NCBI RefSeq assembly: GCF_000317085.1
Contig: NC_019702.1
Coordinates: forward strand, 370,394-402,393
Origin: Synechococcus sp. PCC 7502
Lineage (GTDB): Bacteria; Cyanobacteriota; Cyanobacteriia; Pseudanabaenales; Pseudanabaenaceae
DNA length: 32,000 bases
Reading direction: 5' to 3'
Position 1 is the first letter of the stretch. Each line of letters begins with the position of its first letter. The notes beneath the pieces were generated by a model. It did not search any database. It had not been told where the DNA came from and saw only the letters and a list, made by a program, of their open reading frames with translations. Positions 8,671-18,133 of the stretch are shown piece by piece. The position numbers and the translations under genes are program-made.

Positions 8671-10059
8671 ATGATTGAGATCAAATCCATCCAAGCACAA
8701 GTAAAGTCAAGATTTAGCCACAAGTTTGATATAGAGCTATGGGCGATCGCCACGATTTATTTTGTTCAAGGTGCTATGGGCTTATCTCATCTATCGGTCA
8801 GTTTTTTCCTGAAAGATCAGCTTAAACTCAGTCCTGCTGAAGTTGCTTCCCTCATTGGTATTGCTATGGTACCTTGGACAATTAAGCCCCTATATGGCAT
8901 GATTTCTGATGCTTTCCCCATATTTGGCTATCGGCGGCGACCTTACTTGGTGCTATCTAGCCTTTTAGGGGTGATGGCTTGGGCATGTATGGCAACCATA
9001 GTTAATTCTGCGGGGTTGGCGATGGTAATGATTGCTATTGCCTCTATGGCGATCGCCTGTTTTGATGCCATTATTGATGCCTTGGTAGTCCAAAGAGCGA
9101 GACTAGAATCCGAAGGTGATGCTGGTTCTCTTCAGGCTTTTTCTTGGGCGGCAATGTCCGTAGGAGGTATTACTTCAGCCTATTTTAGTGGATTTTTACT
9201 AGAGCATTGGGGCGCAAAATTTGTATTTGCAATTACGGCTGGTTTACCTTTACTAGTGACCTTAGCAGCATTTGCGATCGCCGATCCACCTATTAATCAA
9301 TCAGAATCTGTTTTTGAAACTACTAAGCAACAGTTTAAGCAATTAGTTACAGCCTGTACAAGCAAGCAAATCTGGTTACCCATGTTGTTTATTTTTCTAT
9401 GGCAAGCCACACCTAGTGCCGATTCAGCATTTTTCTTTTTTACAACGAACGAACTTAAATTTAATCCCGAATTTTTAGGGACAGTGCGTTTTTTTACCAG
9501 TTTGGCAGGGTTAGGGGGAATATGGATATTTCAGCGATTTCTGAAAGATATTCCCATGCGGCGGATTTTTTTGTGGACAACACTGATCGCTACAGGTTTA
9601 GGTATGACTAGCTTAGTGTTAATTAGCCATGTCAATCGCAGTTGGGGAATTGACGATCGCTGGTTTAGTTTAGGAGATAGTTTAATCTTGACCGTTGCTG
9701 GCAGAATTGCCTATATGCCTGTATTGATTTTAGCGGCTAGGCTCTGTCCTGAAGGTATAGAAGCTACCCTATTTGCCCTGTTAATGTCAGTTATGAATTT
9801 AGCAAGCCTCTGTTCATCCCAATTGGGGGCGGGTTTGACTTACCTACTTGGCGTTACCGATGTGAATTTTAAGAATTTGGGCTTATTGGTAACGATCGCA
9901 AATTTAAGTAACCTTCTGCCGTTACCTCTTTTAGGCTGGCTTCCCAATGAGAAAGTAGTTCAGGTAGTAGCGCAGCCAAGTATAGAAGCAACAAAGTTAG
10001 AACCAATCAATCCTGAATTTGTAGGCTCAATCCCCGAAGTCAACTTAATTTCCAAATAA
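8671..10059 (+). CDS. Folate-biopterin transporter (BT1) family MFS permease
   Basis: About 12 predicted TM helices. Hallmark BT1 block WTIKPLYGMISDAFPIFGYRRRPYL. Confidence 0.85.
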   Translation: MIEIKSIQAQVKSRFSHKFDIELWAIATIYFVQGAMGLSHLSVSFFLKDQLKLSPAEVASLIGIAMVPWTIKPLYGMISDAFPIFGYRRRPYLVLSSLLGVMAWACMATIVNSAGLAMVMIAIASMAIACFDAIIDALVVQRARLESEGDAGSLQAFSWAAMSVGGITSAYFSGFLLEHWGAKFVFAITAGLPLLVTLAAFAIADPPINQSESVFETTKQQFKQLVTACTSKQIWLPMLFIFLWQATPSADSAFFFFTTNELKFNPEFLGTVRFFTSLAGLGGIWIFQRFLKDIPMRRIFLWTTLIATGLGMTSLVLISHVNRSWGIDDRWFSLGDSLILTVAGRIAYMPVLILAARLCPEGIEATLFALLMSVMNLASLCSSQLGAGLTYLLGVTDVNFKNLGLLVTIANLSNLLPLPLLGWLPNEKVVQVVAQPSIEATKLEPINPEFVGSIPEVNLISK

Positions 10060-10139
10060 TCCAAATAAAGCGATCGATCTGCCAGACTGAACCTAATCTC
10101 GCCGTACTGTCAAAATTGTCTTCTGTAGTGCAAATTTCA

Positions 10140-10337
10140 CTAAACTATAACCTTATATCCTGCGGCAATCACCGCCGCTTTAATACTTTCAATGGTTTGA
10201 TCAGAGTTAACTATAACTAGCTTAGTTTGGGAATCGGCTTTAACTTCTGCCTGGGGAGCGATCGCCTGAATTGCTTTGGTGATCTTATCTGCACAGATGG
10301 CACAAGCCATATCGGGTACTTTCAGTTCTAGGAGCAT
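10140..10337 (-). CDS. atx1: Heavy-metal-associated (HMA) copper metallochaperone, Atx1-like
   Basis: The 65-aa product MLLELKVPDMACAICADKITKAI...AAGYKV aligns with remembered Synechocystis Atx1 (MTIQLTVPTIACEACAEAVTKAV...SAGYEVE). It has an M-x-C-x-x-C metal site. The track start at 10367 is TTG; ATG at 10337 gives the canonical length. Confidence 0.78.
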   Translation of the reverse strand: MLLELKVPDMACAICADKITKAIQAIAPQAEVKADSQTKLVIVNSDQTIESIKAAVIAAGYKVIV

Positions 10338-10432
10338 ATAGAATTTAGAGTAAAGTTTACAGATCAAATTTGGAGATAGACTAAGATTATAGAGCTTACC
10401 GCTTGTCCGCAGTTAGTAGGGAGAATTAATCT

Positions 10433-11008
10433 ATGGCGATCGCTACGCAACCACAAACTCTTGTAGATTCTATATCCTTAGCAGAATTTTTAACACTTCC
10501 AGAAACTAAGCCTGCTAGTGAATATATCAACGGTAAAGTTTATCAAAAACTAATGCCCCAAGGAAAACACAGTACCCTACAAGGACGCTTGATGTATTTA
10601 ATCAACACGCGAGGTGAATCTAATCGCCTTGGATATGCTTTTCCTAAACTACGTTGTACCTTTGCGGGGCGGGTAATTGTGCCAGACCTTACGATATTTG
10701 AGTGGAAGAATATTCCCCTTGATCAAAATGGAGAAGTGCAGAATCGCATTGAAATTCCTCCTGATTGGATCATTGAAATTCTCTCTCCTGAACAGTCTTC
10801 GATCAGGCTAATCGAGAAAATCAGTTTTGCCATAAAAAATGGGGCAAAGTTAGGATGGTTAATCGATCCAATCGATCGCAAGGTATTAGTATTTGAGGGC
10901 GATCACCTACCTGAGCTTAAAGAAGATGATGATAATTTACCAACTTTAAAAGTTTTTCCCGACTTGCTTATTTCTGTTCGAGATTTATTTAATCTGTTAA
11001 CATTTTGA
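10433..11008 (+). CDS. Uma2 (DUF820) family putative endonuclease
   Basis: Typical cyanobacterial Uma2 pattern: LAEFL.LPETKPASEYINGKV.QK.MPQGKHS..Q, PD...F, PDW.IEILSP... Confidence 0.85.
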   Translation: MAIATQPQTLVDSISLAEFLTLPETKPASEYINGKVYQKLMPQGKHSTLQGRLMYLINTRGESNRLGYAFPKLRCTFAGRVIVPDLTIFEWKNIPLDQNGEVQNRIEIPPDWIIEILSPEQSSIRLIEKISFAIKNGAKLGWLIDPIDRKVLVFEGDHLPELKEDDDNLPTLKVFPDLLISVRDLFNLLTF

Positions 11009-11031
11009 ATCAAATTTTGGGACTAATTAAA

Positions 11032-11526
11032 CTAGTTTTGGGGTGATAATCGACTGCGTAGAGCCTCGGCAATTTCTGCGGGAACTAGATGATCTACCTG
11101 TCCTCCAAACTCGGCGATCGCTTTGACCACACTACTACTTAAAAAACTATGCTCATTAGAGGTTGCCAGAAATATAGTTTCAATGGTGTGATTTAAGGTT
11201 TTATTGGTATGTGCCATTTGTAGTTCCATTTCAAAGTCGGAAACTGCTCGTAAACCCCTGATCAAAATTTTGGCACCCTGTTGTTGGGCATATTCCACCG
11301 TCAGACCTGTAAAACTATCAACTTTAAGATTATGTATATGCTTAGTCGCTGCAGTAATTTGCGCAATCCGTTCTTGTACTGTAAATAAAGGGGTTTTATT
11401 AGGGTTTTTTAATACTGCCACTGTCAGCATTTCCACCATCTGGCACGATCGCTCAATAATATCTAAATGCCCAAAGGTAATTGGATCAAAGCTGCCCGGA
11501 TAAATGGCAATTAAGTTTTTAGGCAC
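11032..11526 (-). CDS. coaD: Phosphopantetheine adenylyltransferase
   Basis: [22 protein letters not shown] (T/HxGH nucleotidyltransferase motif), [19 protein letters not shown] start. Confidence 0.93.
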   Translation of the reverse strand: MPKNLIAIYPGSFDPITFGHLDIIERSCQMVEMLTVAVLKNPNKTPLFTVQERIAQITAATKHIHNLKVDSFTGLTVEYAQQQGAKILIRGLRAVSDFEMELQMAHTNKTLNHTIETIFLATSNEHSFLSSSVVKAIAEFGGQVDHLVPAEIAEALRSRLSPQN

Positions 11527-11564
11527 TGGATTTATAGAATTAATAATTTAAAGTACGCTAAGGA

Positions 11565-12170
11565 TTATAAATGGTCAGCACCTAGATATTTAGCGATCGC
11601 AGGAGAATAGATTTCATAGATTAAAGTCAAGGGTACGCCACCATGCCACAACAGATAATGCCTACCCCAGTAAGGATCAGGATAACCAAAGGCTTTAACT
11701 AATTCAGGACAGTAACCTTGATACACTCCTTTTAGGTCTCGATATAGCTCCGTAAATTCTTGATTCAGACTTTTCCAAATCGGCAAACTGGGGTCTTTTA
11801 AGTACTGTTCCATAGTTGAGGCTTGCCACCACGAAGTTGCATGGGAAAAAATCTCACCCGTAGTTGCACTTTTTAACCAAATTTGTCTTCTAATCCGTGG
11901 GGCTGGAATTTCATCAATCCCAATCAAAGTATTATCTGTGACATTCCCAATATCGGTCATGGCAATTACATCAACGACAATATCTGACTGGGTTAGCAGT
12001 TGCAAATGACGGGTCGGAGCTCCATCACCTAACAAAAACATCTGCCAATAGGGAGACATGCGACTAAAGGGTAAGCCAGTCCGAATATCTTCACTGTTTC
12101 CTATCCAAATCGGATTTGTAATACTGTGCCATGAATTTGGAACTTGAACTAGGTCTGTCAGAATTTGCAT
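11565..12170 (-). CDS. Chorismate pyruvate-lyase-like (DUF98 / Rv2949c-like) protein
   Basis: The LLGDGAPTRHLQLLT block and the size resemble the cyanobacterial DUF98 chorismate lyase family. Assignment is from a remembered motif only. Confidence 0.6.
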   Translation of the reverse strand: MQILTDLVQVPNSWHSITNPIWIGNSEDIRTGLPFSRMSPYWQMFLLGDGAPTRHLQLLTQSDIVVDVIAMTDIGNVTDNTLIGIDEIPAPRIRRQIWLKSATTGEIFSHATSWWQASTMEQYLKDPSLPIWKSLNQEFTELYRDLKGVYQGYCPELVKAFGYPDPYWGRHYLLWHGGVPLTLIYEIYSPAIAKYLGADHL

Positions 12171-12229
12171 GAAGGACTAAATTTATCTTAATATTACTTT
12201 ATATAATATCCTGATCCGATGATTAAACT

Positions 12230-13096
12230 CTAAATCACGGTGTTATCAAAAATTTTGCCCTCGGTATCGATCGCTTTAATTTTTAGTTGTTGATTACTGA
12301 CCGTCACAGCGATAAAGCTTAATCTTGCTTCGGAATATGCGGTAAAGTCTGATTTGCCAACGGGTCTGGTATTTGCCCCGCCCCCATGCACGATGTAGGT
12401 TGTGCCATTTAAAACTAGCGATCGCTCGTAGTTATGATCATGTCCACATAGGTATAGAGGAACTTTATATTTCTCAAAAAGGGGGGGTAAACTTTCTATC
12501 AAAATTCTGGTGCTACCATGCAAACCTGAAGAATATACAGGGTGATGTCCAAATACAATTTTCCAAGTAGCTTTACTTTCACCCAGAGACTGTTCTAACC
12601 ATTGTAGTTGTCTCCCCCAATTACTGTCACTAGCCCCATCAATATTAGTATCTAGGGCAAAAAATTGGACTTGGTTTTGGCTAAATGTGTAGTAGCGACT
12701 AGTCATATTAAATAAGGGATATTTGACCTCATCGTTACCATTGTTAGTAATGACATCGTGGTTACCCAATGCCGCATAAAACTTAACGCCATTTTGTAGT
12801 AGCGCCGCATAGGGTTGCTCAAATACCTCTTTAACTCGCTCAATTTCACCAATACCATAGATATTGTCTCCAGCCAAAAGCACCGAAGAATAAGGACTCT
12901 GGTTGTAATAATTACTCATAGCATTAGCAACCGCATACTGCCCCTGATCGCCCATCCCTGTATCTGCGACACCTACAAATTGCCAATCCGAATTTTTTGA
13001 CTGGATGGTAGATTGTCCAACTAGCTGTAGTCCCAGACCTGCTACAAGTCCAGACCCACCTATACCAAATAAAACTTGCCGACGGCTGATAGTCAT
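12230..13096 (-). CDS. Tat-signal metallophosphoesterase (purple-acid-phosphatase-like)
   Basis: Twin-arginine leader MTISRRQVLFGIGG. Calcineurin-like motifs are present: VADTG, GDNIY, GNHD, GHHP, GHDHNYER. Confidence 0.82.
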   Translation of the reverse strand: MTISRRQVLFGIGGSGLVAGLGLQLVGQSTIQSKNSDWQFVGVADTGMGDQGQYAVANAMSNYYNQSPYSSVLLAGDNIYGIGEIERVKEVFEQPYAALLQNGVKFYAALGNHDVITNNGNDEVKYPLFNMTSRYYTFSQNQVQFFALDTNIDGASDSNWGRQLQWLEQSLGESKATWKIVFGHHPVYSSGLHGSTRILIESLPPLFEKYKVPLYLCGHDHNYERSLVLNGTTYIVHGGGANTRPVGKSDFTAYSEARLSFIAVTVSNQQLKIKAIDTEGKIFDNTVI

Positions 13097-13159
13097 AAAT
13101 CCCTCAAAGTTAGCTAAAGGTTAAATTCAAAAAGTGAAGTCATATTTTTTATGTCTTTT

Positions 13160-14224
13160 TTATGTCAAAGTCCAGACTTCATCAATGGGTAAGGAAGAAT
13201 AATTGCGTTCACTCAGAAAGTCAGAAATTGTGCTAGCTTGCGGAAACTCTGACTTAAATCCATATACTAATCTTTCTAACAATGCCTTAGATAGTTGTTT
13301 GGAAAATTTTCCTCTGAGGCAACGTTCATACCAATCAATTAACTCAGATTCTTTGACGATACCTCGTACACGACTCCCCCAGCTTATTTGATTAGCAATT
13401 GTCTCTATAACCCTTGCATCAGCATCTCGGCAAACAATGACAACATTATCGCTTTCAACTTGATTGGTGATTGATTGGGCACGTTCTTGGTTAAGAGTTA
13501 AATGCTTTACCTGAATCGCTGCGCCAAAGTTAGCCCACATATCTAAACCCCTATCTGCAGCATTGGTAACACCAACACGATAAATATGAGCGGGAACTTC
13601 CCAACTGTTACTTCCTAGTTCAAGTCCAAGCAAAACTTTAGTAAGGTCTGAAAACTCTGCTAGTAGGTTTGTATTTTTAACTGGAATACTAACTTTTACT
13701 GTAGTCTCAAGAGCATTGACAATTGTCTCAAAGAGGCTATACACAACTATTTCATAAGCCTTATCTACACTCCTTCTGATCTCACTTTGGCTAGTAAATT
13801 TTATTAATAGCTCACTAAGATCAAAGTTCTCTGGCAAAGAGGTCTCAATAAATGTAATGACGCTGGCAACTGTATTTTGACGCTCGCTAAATCTGAGATA
13901 GATATAATACTCAACTCCGCCATTTGTTCTTTTATTCTCATGGTCAAGAACTGCGAGTAAATCGGGCGGCATTGCTTTTTGATTCCAAATGTCATGCTGA
14001 TAATTTGCTGATGAGGTGGAAACTTTACCTATAAGCCTTCTTGTAACTTTATTTCGCCAATGAATTGATGGGTTTTGGTAAGTATCTTGCTTAAGAATTT
14101 GAATATCTTTTTGAATGCGTGACCTTCTCAGTACCTCAGCAATTTGAATGGGCTTATACATATCAACTCTTGCTTTTCTGACAATGCTATCAAGCCTTTC
14201 TTTGGCTTCTTGAACTGTAGGCAT
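13160..14224 (-). CDS. Putative type II restriction endonuclease (partner of the adjacent C5-methyltransferase); family not assigned
   Basis: The 354-aa ORF has its ATG overlapping the methyltransferase TAA (TAATG). It carries a candidate nuclease core ...GLD(228)MWANFGAAIQ(238)VK(240). It is AT-rich and free of HIP1. No domain was recognised from memory. Confidence 0.55.
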   Translation of the reverse strand: MPTVQEAKERLDSIVRKARVDMYKPIQIAEVLRRSRIQKDIQILKQDTYQNPSIHWRNKVTRRLIGKVSTSSANYQHDIWNQKAMPPDLLAVLDHENKRTNGGVEYYIYLRFSERQNTVASVITFIETSLPENFDLSELLIKFTSQSEIRRSVDKAYEIVVYSLFETIVNALETTVKVSIPVKNTNLLAEFSDLTKVLLGLELGSNSWEVPAHIYRVGVTNAADRGLDMWANFGAAIQVKHLTLNQERAQSITNQVESDNVVIVCRDADARVIETIANQISWGSRVRGIVKESELIDWYERCLRGKFSKQLSKALLERLVYGFKSEFPQASTISDFLSERNYSSLPIDEVWTLT

Positions 14225-15249
14225 TAAACTTTACCAGTTATGTATTTTGAAGTTTTTTCAAAAATGAGGCTAAGTTGCCCACTAGTTTGAGGTTTGGGGT
14301 AATCAGGTATATTACTCGGTTTAATTATTGCATCAAGAACGGAGCCAACAACAGCACTAACGCAGGGAACTGCAACTGAATTCCCAACTTGTTTACGAGT
14401 AGCTTGGTAATTACAAACTATTTTATAAGAATCAGGAAATCCCTGAAGTCTAAGCATTTCACGTTCTGTTAATCTTCTTTTCCCGTTGACCAGTAAATAA
14501 TTATATGAAGCTCCTGCTCTTAACGCACAAGAGTAAGGGTAAGCACTGATGTTTCCGCCTTTATTTTCATGCCAGATGGTTATCTGTTCATGCTGTTTTT
14601 TAGCAAGAGTTTTTTCTATACGATTTTTTTGAATTCTTTCAGATGCATAGTAAAAACTTGGGACTTCGCTTTCTAAAATTTCTGATAATGGTTTCATAGG
14701 AACTCTATCTTCAGCCCAAACAAAATGACATGACTCTTTAAAACCAATAATAAAGATTCGTTCACGCTTTTGAGGCAAGCCATAATTCAAGGCATTTAGA
14801 ATTTTATAGTCAGTATGGTAACCAAGTTCTTGAAGAGTTTGTAAAATTCGCTGTAGAGTCTTTCCTTCATTGTGACCCTTCAACTGCTTTACATTTTCTA
14901 AAACAAAAGCTTTGGGTTGTTTTGCTTCCAATATTCTGGCAATGTCAAAGAATAAAGTACCTCGAACGTCTTCAAATCCTTTTAAGTCTCCACAAATACT
15001 AAAAGGCTGACATGGAAAACCAGCTAGTAAGATATCATGATCGGGAATATCACTCGTACTCACTTTTGTAATATCACCAACGGTCACCTCATCAAAATTT
15101 GACTTGTAAGCAACTTGGGCATCTGGATCTATATCGCTAGAAAACACACAAGTTGGATTAATATTTCTCTGGTTACAGGCTATTTCCGCCCCAAGCCGAA
15201 ATCCTCCAATTCCACAGAATAAGTCAACAAAGCGAATTGATTGATACAT
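14224..15249 (-). CDS. DNA (cytosine-5)-methyltransferase, type II R-M methylase
   Basis: All hallmark motifs are present: I FCGIGG, IV GFPCQPFS, VI ENV, VIII QKRERIFIIGF, IX RRLTEREMLRLQGFP, X GNSV. The track start at 15264 is TTG; ATG at 15249 (MYQSIRFVDLF) is preferred. Confidence 0.92.
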   Translation of the reverse strand: MYQSIRFVDLFCGIGGFRLGAEIACNQRNINPTCVFSSDIDPDAQVAYKSNFDEVTVGDITKVSTSDIPDHDILLAGFPCQPFSICGDLKGFEDVRGTLFFDIARILEAKQPKAFVLENVKQLKGHNEGKTLQRILQTLQELGYHTDYKILNALNYGLPQKRERIFIIGFKESCHFVWAEDRVPMKPLSEILESEVPSFYYASERIQKNRIEKTLAKKQHEQITIWHENKGGNISAYPYSCALRAGASYNYLLVNGKRRLTEREMLRLQGFPDSYKIVCNYQATRKQVGNSVAVPCVSAVVGSVLDAIIKPSNIPDYPKPQTSGQLSLIFEKTSKYITGKV

Positions 15250-15346
15250 TTTACTGGCTAACAATATTTATAGATTTTAACTGAGAGTCTATAGCAACTG
15301 CCATTAAGGGTAATTTCTTCTGACTTTAAGTTACAAAGTAATTTAC

Positions 15347-16840
15347 CTAAAACTGTGTGGTGGCAATTAAGTGAGCGCAGGCAAACCCTGAAAACGCTAC
15401 AGCATTTAAACCTTGAGCAGGAAAAGTACTATCTCCTACACAATATAGATTAGCGATCGCTGTGCGGTTAAAAGGCATGCCCAACAGTCCCATAAGTTTA
15501 CGCTTAGGAATAGCTCCGTAGGTACCATCGATTCTACCTAAAAATCTACGATGGGTGCGGGGAGTACCGACTTCCATATAGTCTAGGTTTTGGCTTAGGG
15601 TAGGAAATATCTTCTCTAGGCGGGCAATGAGCTTATATGCCTCTTCTTCTTTTTTTTGTTCATACTTTGCTTGGGAGAGATTTTGCCAATCATCAATCCA
15701 ACTGGGAGTAAAGGCATGGACAATATGGTTCCCAACTGGGGCTAAACTGGGATCGAGTAAAGTGGGAATAGAGACAAAGATCGTACCGTGGGGTTTTTCC
15801 ATATCCTGCCAGTCTTCGAGCAAAATATGATGACAAGCTGAGCCTGATTTAATTGCTTCTGCTTTAACACCCAAATGCAAGCTTAAAAAACTAGGAGATT
15901 TCTGGTATCGATTACGCCACTTAACTTCGGACTTGGGTAAATTTTCCTGTTTGAGTAAGTGATCGAAGGTATCCCATCGGGTGGCATTGGAAACCACAGA
16001 TTTAGCAGTAAGAATTTCACCGTTGCTTAGTTTGACACCAATATTACCATTTGCGGTTTTGGGGATAATTTCTGTAACCCTGATCCCATATTTAATATGA
16101 CTACCAAATTTTTCTAGTCCCTCTGCCAATGCTTCACCAATTCTGCCTACCCCACCTTTAGGATAATTAATTCCTCCGTAGTGGCGATCGCTAAAAACCA
16201 TCCCTGCATTAATCATCGGCGTTTTATCTGCAGGCATGACTGACCAGATATAGCACTCCATATCAATGAATTTCAGTAATTCTGGATCGTGAATATAGTG
16301 TTTAGCCACATCGCCGACATTTTGGGGTAAATACTTGACTAAACCCAGACAAGCTAAGGGATTTTGGAAGAATACCCGCATTAAATATCTGTACTCTTCC
16401 AAGGATAAAAGCTCGATCGCATTCAGACAATTAAATACATCCCAGCAGGCATCATAGAATTTACGAATACCTACCCGTTCATTTGGAAAGCGATCGCCCA
16501 ATTCTTGGATAAATGTTTCATAGTTACGATCGACCTTAATATCTAAATGGTTAGGCAAATGATAATGCACCTGAGAGTCATCGGGAATAGTTTCTAGTTT
16601 CATACCCACGGCAGCTAAGGCACGGGTTAAAAGATTGGTAGTTCCCTGTTCACCAAAGCCAAAAATCATGGATGCACCGACATCAAACCGATAACCATTG
16701 CGCTCAAAATAGCCAGCACTACCGCCGGGGATCAAATATTTTTCTAAGACTAAAACTTTTATGCCTTTAGCTGCAAGTTGAGTCGCAGTTACTAAGCCGC
16801 CAATTCCTGAGCCAATTACAATTACATCTGCGTCAAGCAT
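15347..16840 (-). CDS. crtH: Carotenoid (prolycopene) cis-trans isomerase
   Basis: [56 protein letters not shown] and [24 protein letters not shown] match remembered Synechocystis CrtH (sll0033). Confidence 0.9.
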   Translation of the reverse strand: MLDADVIVIGSGIGGLVTATQLAAKGIKVLVLEKYLIPGGSAGYFERNGYRFDVGASMIFGFGEQGTTNLLTRALAAVGMKLETIPDDSQVHYHLPNHLDIKVDRNYETFIQELGDRFPNERVGIRKFYDACWDVFNCLNAIELLSLEEYRYLMRVFFQNPLACLGLVKYLPQNVGDVAKHYIHDPELLKFIDMECYIWSVMPADKTPMINAGMVFSDRHYGGINYPKGGVGRIGEALAEGLEKFGSHIKYGIRVTEIIPKTANGNIGVKLSNGEILTAKSVVSNATRWDTFDHLLKQENLPKSEVKWRNRYQKSPSFLSLHLGVKAEAIKSGSACHHILLEDWQDMEKPHGTIFVSIPTLLDPSLAPVGNHIVHAFTPSWIDDWQNLSQAKYEQKKEEEAYKLIARLEKIFPTLSQNLDYMEVGTPRTHRRFLGRIDGTYGAIPKRKLMGLLGMPFNRTAIANLYCVGDSTFPAQGLNAVAFSGFACAHLIATTQF

Positions 16841-16847
16841 GAATTAC

Positions 16848-17441
16848 TTAAATTTGATTATTTATAAATTGAATTACCGAGTCTAATCCCACTTGGGTTT
16901 TAAGGTTAGTAAAAACAAAGGGTTTTGCCCCGCGCATTTTTAAAGCATCCCGTTCCATTACGCTTAAATCTGCACCAACGTAGGGAGCAAGATCAATTTT
17001 ATTAATTACTAATAAATCGGATTTAGTAATACCAGGTCCACCTTTGCGGGGAATTTTATCTCCAGCAGCAACATCAATCACATAAATTGTTAAATCTACT
17101 AGCTCAGGGCTAAAGGTAGAAGCCAAATTATCTCCACCACTTTCCACAAATATTAATTGCAGATTATTAAAGTCTTTTTCTAATTGAGCGATCGCCGCTA
17201 AATTCATGGAAGCATCTTCACGAATGGCAGTATGGGGGCATCCACCTGTTTCTACGCCCACAATCCGATCACGACTTAAAGCCTGACTGCGAACTAAAAA
17301 CTGAGCATCCTCTTGGGTATAAATATCATTGGTAACTACGGCAATTTGATAATGCGATCGCAAAGCCTTACACAGACAATCTACTAAAGCGGTTTTCCCC
17401 GATCCCACTGGACCTGCTACCCCAACTCGAAAAGCATTCAT
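16848..17441 (-). CDS. ureG: Urease accessory GTPase UreG
   Basis: [62 protein letters not shown]. Nearly collinear with cyanobacterial UreG. Confidence 0.95.
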   Translation of the reverse strand: MNAFRVGVAGPVGSGKTALVDCLCKALRSHYQIAVVTNDIYTQEDAQFLVRSQALSRDRIVGVETGGCPHTAIREDASMNLAAIAQLEKDFNNLQLIFVESGGDNLASTFSPELVDLTIYVIDVAAGDKIPRKGGPGITKSDLLVINKIDLAPYVGADLSVMERDALKMRGAKPFVFTNLKTQVGLDSVIQFINNQI

Positions 17442-17502
17442 GGTTAATCTTTTTTACTTGATCTTACTACTTGAGCTAATATACCAACTCCCATCAGATT
17501 TT

Positions 17503-18132
17503 TTAGGGATAGCGATTGGGACGACGATGGCGACTACGTTCAGCCTTATCCCGTTCATAGGCGATTAATTTACCAAAATATTCATGTTTAGTCAGATTCA
17601 TAGATAAAAATATATGTTTGCGAGCATTGCCAAACCCCTTGCGGGTAAAGAAATTAATGGCGGCTGTATTCGTGGGATCGGTGTCCACTAGCATCGATCT
17701 GGCTCCTTCCTCAATCATGCGCTCGACAATTTTATCCACCAACCTATCGGCAACACCCCGCCGTTGAAAACTAGGACTGACACCTAACCACAGAATATAA
17801 CCATAGGTCCAAGAAGATTTCGTAATAACTGTTCCCAAAACAAACCCACTCAACTGCCCGTCAATTTCGGCAACTAAACAATACTCAGGGTCAGTGTTAT
17901 AAAGTCCAATGACTTCCCATTCATCCCAAGTGCGATAGAGATAGGGATAAAGCTCACTGGTAAATAAACTTTCGCCCAGATGATACACAGGGGCAATGTC
18001 ATCGATCGCCATCTCCCGAATTCCCACATCTAAAGACTTACTAGACATAATATCCAAATTTTCTAGCTCACTTATTTCTACTGTGGAGTTTTCCACTGTT
18101 ACTTCTGCGGTGGAGTCTGGAGCATTAGCCAT
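17503..18132 (-). CDS. GNAT-family N-acetyltransferase
   Basis: Acetyl-CoA-binding block LGVSPSFQRRGVADRLV. The preferred start is ATG at 18132 (MANAPDST), 1 nt after the upstream gene's TAA. The longer track ORF would overlap the upstream gene by 65 nt. Confidence 0.8.
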   Translation of the reverse strand: MANAPDSTAEVTVENSTVEISELENLDIMSSKSLDVGIREMAIDDIAPVYHLGESLFTSELYPYLYRTWDEWEVIGLYNTDPEYCLVAEIDGQLSGFVLGTVITKSSWTYGYILWLGVSPSFQRRGVADRLVDKIVERMIEEGARSMLVDTDPTNTAAINFFTRKGFGNARKHIFLSMNLTKHEYFGKLIAYERDKAERSRHRRPNRYP

Positions 18133-18133
18133 G

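Noticed and set aside
16848-17441. ureG without neighbouring ureABC/DEF, considered as an orphan or anomalous gene
   Set aside because: Urease genes are commonly dispersed in cyanobacterial genomes. The protein is full length with all GTPase and metal-binding motifs, so nothing here is anomalous.
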